From positions 1,580 through 65,579 of the forward strand of contig CAIXHD010000426.1 in assembly GCA_903919065.1 (NCBI GenBank): a stretch of DNA of 64,000 nucleotides, written 5' to 3'. Shown one piece after another: positions 37,285 through 44,931 of this stretch. The position numbers and the translations under genes were made by a program. The DNA is from an uncultured Bacteroidota bacterium. Its GTDB lineage: Bacteria > Bacteroidota > Bacteroidia > Bacteroidales > UBA12481. Under the pieces are notes generated by a model. The model was not told where the DNA came from. It made no database searches and saw only the letters and a program-made list of their open reading frames with translations. Numbering within the stretch: position 1 is the first letter of the stretch; the number at the start of each line of letters is the position of its first letter.

Positions 37285-38709
37285 ATGGACATTGCTTCTT
37301 TTAGCCTAATGCGAAACGAACTGATTCTGGTCGGTATCGTATTGATTTTATTGATTGCAGAGATCTTTACCAAGAAAGAGAATAAGCATAAGATTATCAC
37401 TCTTGGGACGGTTTTGTTCGGAGTTGCGACCCTGATCAACTTCCTTCCACTTGCGGAAGGGATGTTATTTGGTGGAAGTTTTCAGACCACGCGAATGACC
37501 ATGTTCATGAAGAGTGTTCTGAACCTGGGTGTTTTTATCGTTTTCCTTCAGTCAGTTACCTGGCTTAAGCGCGAAGAAAATAATGAAAAAATCAGCGAAT
37601 TCTTCATCCTGATCATATCCACTCTGATCGGTATGAATTTCATGATTTCATCCGGCGACTTTCTGATGATGTACATCGGGATTGAATTGGCAACCATTCC
37701 AATGGCTGCATTGGCTGCTTTTGAAAAATACAGTGAAAAGTCTGCTGAAGCCGGTATCAAGCTTATCCTTACATCCGCGTTATCTTCAGGGATTCTTCTC
37801 TACGGGTTATCCTTCATTTACGGAACAACCGGATCGATCTATTTTGCAGATTGCGTTGTCAACATCAACAACAATCCATTACAAACATTCGGATTCGTTT
37901 TCTTTGTTGCCGGGATGGCATTCAAAATTTCTCTCGTACCTTTTCATTTGTGGACAGCAGACGTTTACGAAGGTGCACCAATAAACGTTACCTCCTATCT
38001 TTCTGTTGTTTCCAAAGGAGCTGCTGCATTTACATTCATGATTATTCTTTACCGGGTATTCGGTTCAATCACTAAAGTTTGGGAACCTTTACTTTATACG
38101 CTGGCCGTTGCCACCATGACCATTGGTAACCTGTTTGCCCTCCGGCAGAATAACCTTAAACGATTTATGGCCTTCTCATCCATCGCGCAGGCTGGTTTCA
38201 TCCTTTTAGGGATTATGCAGGGTGGTGAATTAGGGATGACTACCGTAGTATATTTCATGTTGATCTATGTATTCACCAACCTGGCAGCTTTTGGAGTCAT
38301 TTCTGCGATCTCAGAATTCTCGGGTAAGGAAGAGATCACTGATTATAACAGCCTTTACAAAACCAATCCAAAATTAAGCCTCATCCTTTTGCTGGCTTTG
38401 TTTTCCCTGGCGGGCATCCCCCCTGTAGCCGGATTTTTCAGTAAGTTTTTCCTGTTTGCTGCTGCTGGTGCAAAAGGGTATTATATCCTGATTTTAATTG
38501 CCGTTTTGAATGCCACGGTGTCTCTTTATTATTATTTAAGGGTGGTAAAAGCAATGCTTATCGACCATTCTGATACACCGATTGCCACTTTCAAAACCCC
38601 ATGGCCAATGCGAATCAGCCTTCTGATTTGTGTTGCCGGTATTTTTGTTATCGGGTTCGCCAGTGCTATTTATGAGTATATTTCAAGTATTAGTTTCGGA
38701 ATTAATTAG
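37285..38709 (+). CDS. nuoN: NADH-quinone oxidoreductase subunit N
   Basis: 474-aa antiporter-like subunit with KISLVPFHLWTADVYEGAPINVTSYLSVVSKGAA. Confidence 0.92.
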   Translation: MDIASFSLMRNELILVGIVLILLIAEIFTKKENKHKIITLGTVLFGVATLINFLPLAEGMLFGGSFQTTRMTMFMKSVLNLGVFIVFLQSVTWLKREENNEKISEFFILIISTLIGMNFMISSGDFLMMYIGIELATIPMAALAAFEKYSEKSAEAGIKLILTSALSSGILLYGLSFIYGTTGSIYFADCVVNINNNPLQTFGFVFFVAGMAFKISLVPFHLWTADVYEGAPINVTSYLSVVSKGAAAFTFMIILYRVFGSITKVWEPLLYTLAVATMTIGNLFALRQNNLKRFMAFSSIAQAGFILLGIMQGGELGMTTVVYFMLIYVFTNLAAFGVISAISEFSGKEEITDYNSLYKTNPKLSLILLLALFSLAGIPPVAGFFSKFFLFAAAGAKGYYILILIAVLNATVSLYYYLRVVKAMLIDHSDTPIATFKTPWPMRISLLICVAGIFVIGFASAIYEYISSISFGIN

Positions 38710-38717
38710 TTACAACC

Positions 38718-39032
38718 ATGGCTCTTAATCAGGCTAAACATATCATTGAGGTTATCGACGGGACACGCTGCACTTTAGTAGAATCTGGCATGACTGCCGA
38801 GCGTAAAGAGTTTCTGAAAACTATCCTTGAGTTTAACAGCTACGTAGTAAAAGAAGCCTCAGATGAGGCAGGTACCTGGAAGATCGGCGTTACAGACGTT
38901 GTTTTCAATCCTACCATAAATATCTATAAGAGAAAACTTCACAGCCCGAATGGTCTTATTATAACCCCGTCCTACTGGCTGCAGAGCACTGATAAGCAGA
39001 CTGAGGCGGAGGTTAATTACTGGATACAGTAA
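38718..39032 (+). CDS. Small soluble hypothetical protein appended to the nuo operon
   Basis: 104-aa ORF with an ATG 8 nt after the nuoN stop. No TM segment and no motif I recognise. It is the last gene before the terminator region. Confidence 0.5.
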   Translation: MALNQAKHIIEVIDGTRCTLVESGMTAERKEFLKTILEFNSYVVKEASDEAGTWKIGVTDVVFNPTINIYKRKLHSPNGLIITPSYWLQSTDKQTEAEVNYWIQ

Positions 39033-39035
39033 GAG

Positions 39036-39098
39036 GTACTCAGTACTCAGTACCCAGTACTCAGTACTCAGTCGGCAGTACCCAGTCTTCAGGTAGCA
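39036..39098. repeat. Tandem 7-bp repeat array (GTACTCA)n, 9 units
   Basis: Read directly: GTACTCA x4, GTACCCA x2, GTCGGCA, GTCTTCA and GGTAGCA in strict 7-nt register, starting 3 nt after the stop at 39032. Confidence 0.9.
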
Positions 39099-39111
39099 GT
39101 TGGCTTAAATG

Positions 39112-39158
39112 AAAAAAGCAAGAGGCCGTCTCAGTATTGAGGCGGCCTCTTGCTTTCA
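39112..39158. terminator. Bidirectional-type intrinsic terminator hairpin between convergent nuo and psr operons
   Basis: Perfect 11-bp stem GCAAGAGGCCG / CGGCCTCTTGC (39118-39128 / 39143-39153), extendable through TCA/TGA. An A6 tract lies upstream, giving U6 for the minus-strand transcript. TTTC lies downstream, a weaker U tract for the plus strand. Confidence 0.75.
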
Positions 39159-39178
39159 TATCAGGTGATTTTGTTTAC

Positions 39179-39255
39179 TGCAGACTGAGTACTGAGTACT
39201 GAGTACTGAAGACTGAGTACTGGGTACTGAAGACTGAGTACTGTAGACTGCAGAC
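39179..39255. repeat. Tandem 7-bp repeat array (TGAGTAC)n, 11 units; inverted copy of the 39036-39098 array
   Basis: Read directly: TGCAGAC, TGAGTAC x3, TGAAGAC, TGAGTAC, TGGGTAC, TGAAGAC, TGAGTAC, TGTAGAC, TGCAGAC. It ends just before the stop of the rhodanese-like gene. Confidence 0.9.
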
Positions 39256-39258
39256 TAT

Positions 39259-39885
39259 TCAGCATCCTCCGGAAGCCTTTTTCTTACCCGGCTTCTTTGT
39301 CAGACCTGGTTTGACAACAGCACCCTGATCAGCAGGTGCAGCAAGCTGAACTGCTCCCCCACCCCCTAAAGCAGATCCTGCAGCCTGACGGAAATCATAA
39401 CGCGCAAGTTCTTCGTTTGGCGAAGTTGAAGCAGGCTTTTGCGGACTCATAATGGTTTCAATCCAATAATTCAGTCCACCTTCCAGCACAAACAGGTTGT
39501 TATATCCCAGCTGCCTGGTGATCATCCATGCCTCATTGGCTTCAACGCTTCCATTACTGTAAAAGATGTTGGCTTTTAAATCCTGATCCAGAACTTCCGT
39601 CCACTTCTCATTGAGCAAATCTATCAATGGGATATTGATAGCTCCGGGAAGACTGAATTTCTCAAATTCATCCTGATCACGGACATCGATCAATTGAACT
39701 GACGGATCCTTATTGACCAATTTTTCCGCTAATTCATCGGGGCTAAAAAACTGATTTCTTCCCTTGACCTCTTCAAGTAACTGACTTGGGGTTAGTTTAT
39801 ATGGATGAGTTGTATTTTCCGGCACTGCGGCTATTATAAGGCCGAGTCCAACAATGCTTATCGATAAGATTTCTCTGGCTTTCAT
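39259..39885 (-). CDS. Exported/anchored rhodanese-homology protein lacking the active-site Cys, with Lys/Gly-rich tail ending in ...GGC
   Basis: 208 aa. N-terminal hydrophobic segment ILSISIVGLGLIIAAV. Rhodanese fold LIDVRDQDEF...PGAINIPL...LEGGLNYW, but the catalytic loop reads FYSNGSVEA (Ser where Cys is expected). The only Cys is the C-terminal residue (KKPGKKKASGGC). Confidence 0.75.
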   Translation of the reverse strand: MKAREILSISIVGLGLIIAAVPENTTHPYKLTPSQLLEEVKGRNQFFSPDELAEKLVNKDPSVQLIDVRDQDEFEKFSLPGAINIPLIDLLNEKWTEVLDQDLKANIFYSNGSVEANEAWMITRQLGYNNLFVLEGGLNYWIETIMSPQKPASTSPNEELARYDFRQAAGSALGGGGAVQLAAPADQGAVVKPGLTKKPGKKKASGGC

Positions 39886-39896
39886 AATATTACTTT

Positions 39897-40487
39897 TTAG
39901 TATTCTTCACGAGGAAATTTCTTTTCGGCCCACTCAGCAACATAAAACATTCCAATGGCTGCCAGGATTACCAACAAGGCTGCCATTCCATCGGACAGTC
40001 CGAGCGACTCGCTGATTTTAGGTGATCCTTTAAAGGCCGAAGTATACAGGTCATCCCAGAGTGGGTAACCTTCGGAGAAAATTATAACACCAATAAACAG
40101 GCCTCCGATAAAAACCATAGCATCAATTTTACCTATGGAAGCACCTGCAAAACTTGTTCCCGGACAGAATCCACCGATAATAAATCCGGCGCCCATGACG
40201 ATACCGCCAATGATTGCAGAAGTCAGATAGGTTGGGTTAACATATACCAGGTTAAGGTCGAGCCATCCAAACAAGCTAAGGAATAGCATTCCAAGCATGG
40301 CGGTTATTGCTGCTGTAAAAAACACCTTTAGCACAACCGTATCATATCCATAAAAAACGCCGGCCAATTTTCTGCTCGATGAGAAACCACTGCTTTCGAG
40401 GACGAAACCAAATCCGATCCCAATAATGAAGCCAAGCAGTAAGTTCGTATTCTCAGAGATTAATTCATTTACAACTAACGGTCCCAT
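39897..40487 (-). CDS. YeeE/YedE family sulfur-compound transport protein (half-size, GGFCPGTS motif)
   Basis: Polytopic protein carrying GGFCPGTS. ATG 40487 is preferred over the track's TTG 40514. Confidence 0.75.
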   Translation of the reverse strand: MGPLVVNELISENTNLLLGFIIGIGFGFVLESSGFSSSRKLAGVFYGYDTVVLKVFFTAAITAMLGMLFLSLFGWLDLNLVYVNPTYLTSAIIGGIVMGAGFIIGGFCPGTSFAGASIGKIDAMVFIGGLFIGVIIFSEGYPLWDDLYTSAFKGSPKISESLGLSDGMAALLVILAAIGMFYVAEWAEKKFPREEY

Positions 40488-40504
40488 AATCAATCTTTTT
40501 AATG

Positions 40505-41035
40505 TTATATCCAATTTTTTCTAAAGAAGTATGCCAGGGCGAAGGCAGTACCAAAAATCGCTGCCATGGTAATGAACCCGCCCAACGATAAAATAGCCAT
40601 TCCGCTTAATGCAGAGCCGCTGGTACAGCCACGGCCCAGCTGCGAGCCAAATCCAAAGAGAATCCCTCCTGTTCCTGCCATGATGAGCCGTTTGCGCGAG
40701 GTAATTTTCGGGCTATGCTCAACTTTCAGTTTTAGCCTTCCCCAAAGGCTTCCGGATAGGAATCCTCCAATAAGAACACCAGCCATTTCAAAAACCAGCC
40801 AGTTTTTCAATGGATTGGGATGTTGCTTTACTGCTTCAGCATAGTAGGCATTGTTTTTAACATGTGTGGGAGCAACCACTTCTGTAGCTGCAACAATTAC
40901 ACTTTTAACTGCACCGCTGGCACCTAAGCCACGGCCTGCAACAAAATTTGCCGCAATTAACACCAGACCCAGCAATACTCCTCCCAGATATGGGTTCAGG
41001 TATTGTCTCGACCGGTCCTTTTTTACTGTTTCCAT
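40505..41035 (-). CDS. YeeE/YedE family sulfur-compound transport protein (half-size, GRGCTSG motif)
   Basis: 176-aa polytopic protein with GSQLGRGCTSGSALSG. Confidence 0.75.
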   Translation of the reverse strand: METVKKDRSRQYLNPYLGGVLLGLVLIAANFVAGRGLGASGAVKSVIVAATEVVAPTHVKNNAYYAEAVKQHPNPLKNWLVFEMAGVLIGGFLSGSLWGRLKLKVEHSPKITSRKRLIMAGTGGILFGFGSQLGRGCTSGSALSGMAILSLGGFITMAAIFGTAFALAYFFRKNWI

Positions 41036-41091
41036 TTGGTTTTCTTATTATCCCCGGATTGTAAACCGGGGCTATTGATAAATATTTAGCA

Positions 41092-42033
41092 TTAATAGAG
41101 CCACCGGCTCATTTGTCCTGCGTAGGCGATGATAAAACGAAGCATGATACCTCCGAACAGAACAAGGATTGCCGGGATATAAACAGGGATTTTAAATTTA
41201 ATCAATTCCAGAGCCTCAAGAATTGCAGGCAGGATTAGTCCCATTCCAACAACCAGCATCCAGAAAGGTGCGGTATAAGGGCCACCCAGGAAAAGGTTGG
41301 CTGCGTCGATCTGCACCTGCGTACTGGCGAGGAATCCCATAAACATGTGGACGATGAGGAAAAGCTCAATCGCAATCAACAGCAGATCAATCCTGGCGAA
41401 AGTTTTGCGCTCCTCGTGATTTTTTGAAAAAAGGATTGCGGTGGCCGCGCCTGTTGAAAGTCCGGACACCAGGAACAAAGGCCCTAATATCGAGGTATTC
41501 CACAGTGGGCGCGCATTGAAAGCTGAAAACAATATTCCGGTATAAACACCAAGAATGACTGAGTAGATAGCAATCAACCAGGCTATTACCTTTTTATACT
41601 TTTGGAAAAACATTTCCAGATCCTTAAGCCACTGATATTTCCAGTCCCACTTCGGGAACACTTCTTTTATATGGAGCGCTGCCCAGATAAAAGCCAGCGG
41701 GGTAATGATCATTAAGGTCCATGCGCCCCAACCCATGGGAGATTGCAAGCGAATGACCGTATAGAGCTGCCAGAAATAGGCCTTATGCTTTAGATCAAGA
41801 AACAGTGCAAACAAACCCAGAACGAGTAAAACAGGAACAATCATCGGAGCAATTTTCACGGCTGCCCGATACTCATTTTCCTTGCCTCTGAGATAAAACA
41901 GGGCCGCAAAAAACAGGATTCCGGCAGCGAGACCTCCGAGAAAAAGGTATAAAGGGATTTGCCAGTGCCAAATATGCAGGAATGGATCGATATTTGGATT
42001 CATCCTTCCACTGACTATAATTTCTTCTCTCAT
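41092..42033 (-). CDS. NrfD/PsrC-type polysulfide/thiosulfate reductase membrane anchor
   Basis: 313 aa with about 8 TM helices. N-terminal HIWHWQIPLYLFLGGLAAG is typical of the NrfD family. It lies downstream of the 4Fe-4S and Mo subunits. Confidence 0.8.
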   Translation of the reverse strand: MREEIIVSGRMNPNIDPFLHIWHWQIPLYLFLGGLAAGILFFAALFYLRGKENEYRAAVKIAPMIVPVLLVLGLFALFLDLKHKAYFWQLYTVIRLQSPMGWGAWTLMIITPLAFIWAALHIKEVFPKWDWKYQWLKDLEMFFQKYKKVIAWLIAIYSVILGVYTGILFSAFNARPLWNTSILGPLFLVSGLSTGAATAILFSKNHEERKTFARIDLLLIAIELFLIVHMFMGFLASTQVQIDAANLFLGGPYTAPFWMLVVGMGLILPAILEALELIKFKIPVYIPAILVLFGGIMLRFIIAYAGQMSRWLY

Positions 42034-42044
42034 TTATATCAGTA

Positions 42045-42578
42045 TTAGATTAAGAAATAGAGTTGCGGTTTGGTTCCGGCTTCCGGAATCAGTGTCTTAT
42101 GCTTGCGGTTTTTCAGTACCACGGATACAGGGCTTTTCGGATCATCGAGATCTCCGAAATACATGCACTTTGTGGGACACGTTGAAACACAGGCAGGAAG
42201 TAATCCTTTTTCCAGCCGATGCAGGCAGAACGTGCATTTGTCAACATACCCATCAGGATGAGTATATCTGGCATCATATGGACAGGAGGATATACAGGCA
42301 CCGCAGCCTATGCACTTATTATGTGTGACAATCACAACACCCCCTTTTTCATAATGGCTTGCTCCGGTTGGGCAGCAGCGAACGCAAGGTGAATTGTCGC
42401 AATGGTTACAGCGCTCTGAGCGAAGTTCAAGTTCCAGTGCAGGATAAGTACCGTCAGTTACCTCAACAACCCAATCCCGGCAATACCCGATAGGAACATT
42501 ATTCTCGGTTTGGCAGGCTACCACACAGTCACTGCAGCCAACACATTTTCTGGTATCAATCGCCATGGCGTATCTCAT
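42045..42578 (-). CDS. 4Fe-4S ferredoxin-type electron-transfer subunit (PsrB/PhsB-like)
   Basis: Four Cys clusters (CVGCSDCVVAC, CNHCDNSPCVRCCP, CIGCGACISSCP, CTFC...C). The ATG overlaps the upstream stop (ATGA). Confidence 0.87.
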   Translation of the reverse strand: MRYAMAIDTRKCVGCSDCVVACQTENNVPIGYCRDWVVEVTDGTYPALELELRSERCNHCDNSPCVRCCPTGASHYEKGGVVIVTHNKCIGCGACISSCPYDARYTHPDGYVDKCTFCLHRLEKGLLPACVSTCPTKCMYFGDLDDPKSPVSVVLKNRKHKTLIPEAGTKPQLYFLI

Positions 42579-44803
42579 GATTTAGCCTCCCCTTTTTCGG
42601 TTACAAAAGTCACAAAGTTGCCTCTCATACCCGTGCCTCCCATGGAGGGATCGACAAGAACATTTGTAATCATTTGAGTATCACTGGCCCCTTTACCAAA
42701 GCAGCGTTCAAGTTTCTTCTGGGTATGACCAAAACCATGCACCATATAAACTGAGTCCCATCGTATTCGTTCTGTCACCCTTACTTTTATCTGAAAATCA
42801 GAAATTATGCTATCCTGATTTTTTAGCCAGATATATTGATCATTTGTCAGGGCCCATTCTTTAGCGACTTTTGGATGTATCCAAACACTATTTTCGTCCA
42901 TCAGATCTGCCAGGTTTGGATTATTTGATGTCCTTGTGAAGGTATGCATCGGAGCCCTGCCGTATATCAGCCGGTAGAACCCTTCAGGCGGTTCTGCATG
43001 TGGTGTGTATACAGGAAGTGCCTGAAAACCTGCACCTTCCAGATCGCTTGAGTACAATTCAATTTTCGTACTGGTTGTGCTAAATTCAACATCCTCACCT
43101 TCAGTAAAGTATAGATCATCGGAGGTTCGCTCATTTGTTTTAACACCAATGCGCTGCATCTCTTCCATACTGGAGCCCATTTGCTTCAGCTGCCAGCTGA
43201 GCATTTCCTCAATATCCTTCCATGGGAAAAAGCCTCCGAGGCCCATCTTCTCCGCCAATTGTTTTGCCATCCACCAGGCAGGTTTTGAGTTGTATTTCGG
43301 CTTGATGGCTGGCATCCGAAGTGCCATCTGGGGTTTACGGTGCTGACTAACTCTAATGTCATCATATCTTTCCAGATAAGTGCATTCGGGTAATACAACA
43401 TCGGCATAGCCCGTTATTTCCATTGGCATGGTATCGATAACAACCAGTAATTCGAGGGCTTTAATAGCCTCAAGTGTATTAGCCTGATTAGGCATTGTTT
43501 CCACCAGGTTTGTTCCGTTAACAATCCAGGCTTTATATTTGGCTCCGCCCTCAGTATCCGGGCGGCTAAGATCGACGATTGCATTCGCAACAGGCTGATC
43601 AGCCAATGGATACTTATCGCCAAGAATATCTCTCCAGCCTATTTTAACTTCAGGATAATGGGGATGAGGAAATTCAGGAACCGTAAGGCTTTCCGGACGA
43701 TAAAAACCTCCCCTCCTCCCCCATGAGCCCAGAATGGCATTCAGAATGGCAACAGCACGCAACCGCTGCATATCATCGCCATACCAGGTAACGTGCCGGC
43801 CTGGATGAACAATGACTGCAGGAGCAGCATGCGCCATTTCCCGGGCAGTTTCACGTATCATCTGAGGAGCTATTGTAGTGATCCCATACGCCCATTCAGG
43901 AGTAAAGGGCTTAACATGTGCCTGTAGCTTGTCAAAACCTGTAGTGTACTTTTCAACGTAAGCCTTATCATACAATCCCTCTCCTATTATCACATTCATC
44001 CAGGCCAATAATAAGGCAAGATCTGTTGATGGCTTAATAGGTAACCAGTATTTGGATTTGCTGGCGACCGTAGAAAATCGCGGATCGACTGTAATAATGC
44101 TGGCTCCTTTATCTATAGCGTCGGACATTTCCTGAACCTGGCCATTGTGCATATTTTCACCTAGATGCGATCCGATTAAAACGAGGCAACGGGTATCGCG
44201 GATATCTGTTCTTTCCGGAGATTCAACTACTTCACCGAAGGTAGCCAGGAAAGCAGCTTCACGGGGACCTTTGCATTGCGCATAGGAAGGAGCGGCATTG
44301 CTGTTTGAACCGAATGATTTCAGCAAACTTCCGAAATACTTACCTCCGGATCCATGTGAAAACAATGCTACAGATTCTGGTCCGCTTGCGGCAATCACCC
44401 CTTTAAGCTTAGCTGCAATGTAATCGAGAGCTTCATCCCAGCTTGCTTCACGATAAGTTTGCTTACCTCCGACAGTTACTCTAAGCAAAGGTGTCTTCAA
44501 ACGATTCTCATCCGTATACATTCCAACACCACCAGTACCTCTTGGACAAAGCCTGCCGTTGGAATGAAGATCATCATCATTCCCGGTAATTTTCCAGATG
44601 TCACCTTCATCATTCTTATAAACCCAGCCAGCGCATTTCCAAAAGCAAATCTCACAATAGGTGGGTGTCCTTCGCATTCCTTCATATACCATGCGCTCAG
44701 GGTCGATCAGACCACCTGCCCAGGACTGTAAAGCCGGTATTCCAACAGCCAAGCCCCCGGCGCCCAGTGCAGAAATCCTGATAAAATCCCTTCTGTTTGC
44801 CAT
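42575..44803 (-). CDS. Tat-exported molybdopterin (Mo-bisPGD) oxidoreductase catalytic subunit, polysulfide/thiosulfate/tetrathionate reductase-like
   Basis: 742 aa. Twin-arginine leader MANRRDFIRISALGAGGLAV. N-terminal FeS motif CEICFWKC...C. Substrate specificity cannot be read from the sequence alone. Confidence 0.85.
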   Translation of the reverse strand: MANRRDFIRISALGAGGLAVGIPALQSWAGGLIDPERMVYEGMRRTPTYCEICFWKCAGWVYKNDEGDIWKITGNDDDLHSNGRLCPRGTGGVGMYTDENRLKTPLLRVTVGGKQTYREASWDEALDYIAAKLKGVIAASGPESVALFSHGSGGKYFGSLLKSFGSNSNAAPSYAQCKGPREAAFLATFGEVVESPERTDIRDTRCLVLIGSHLGENMHNGQVQEMSDAIDKGASIITVDPRFSTVASKSKYWLPIKPSTDLALLLAWMNVIIGEGLYDKAYVEKYTTGFDKLQAHVKPFTPEWAYGITTIAPQMIRETAREMAHAAPAVIVHPGRHVTWYGDDMQRLRAVAILNAILGSWGRRGGFYRPESLTVPEFPHPHYPEVKIGWRDILGDKYPLADQPVANAIVDLSRPDTEGGAKYKAWIVNGTNLVETMPNQANTLEAIKALELLVVIDTMPMEITGYADVVLPECTYLERYDDIRVSQHRKPQMALRMPAIKPKYNSKPAWWMAKQLAEKMGLGGFFPWKDIEEMLSWQLKQMGSSMEEMQRIGVKTNERTSDDLYFTEGEDVEFSTTSTKIELYSSDLEGAGFQALPVYTPHAEPPEGFYRLIYGRAPMHTFTRTSNNPNLADLMDENSVWIHPKVAKEWALTNDQYIWLKNQDSIISDFQIKVRVTERIRWDSVYMVHGFGHTQKKLERCFGKGASDTQMITNVLVDPSMGGTGMRGNFVTFVTEKGEAKS

Positions 44804-44931
44804 ATATATGCTTATCTAGATATTTAAATTATTCGATGTGTAAAATTAAACAATTTTTGATTGTTGATAATAAATTAACAGAAAAATTTTCATGTTTTAT
44901 AGCGTATTTTGCCACTCCCTCATAATAAACT

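Noticed and set aside
39036-39255. Possible CRISPR array (regularly spaced short repeats)
   Set aside because: The period is only 7 bp with no unique spacers. The two blocks are mutually inverted, and no cas genes are nearby. It is a microsatellite-type inverted array, not a CRISPR.
41052-41071. Hairpin CCCCGG-N8-CCGGGG between the NrfD/PsrC-type anchor gene and the first yeeE/yedE gene, considered as an internal terminator
   Set aside because: The stem is only 6 bp and no U tract follows on the minus-strand transcript (AUAAUAAGAAAA). It is more likely a minor RNA structure or processing site than a terminator. It is left uncalled.
44804-44931. Promoter motifs in the divergent spacer between the psr-type operon and lipA
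   Set aside because: Only near-matches are present (for example TATTTTGC, one T short of TAnnTTTG). The region is surely regulatory, but I cannot place the elements with confidence.
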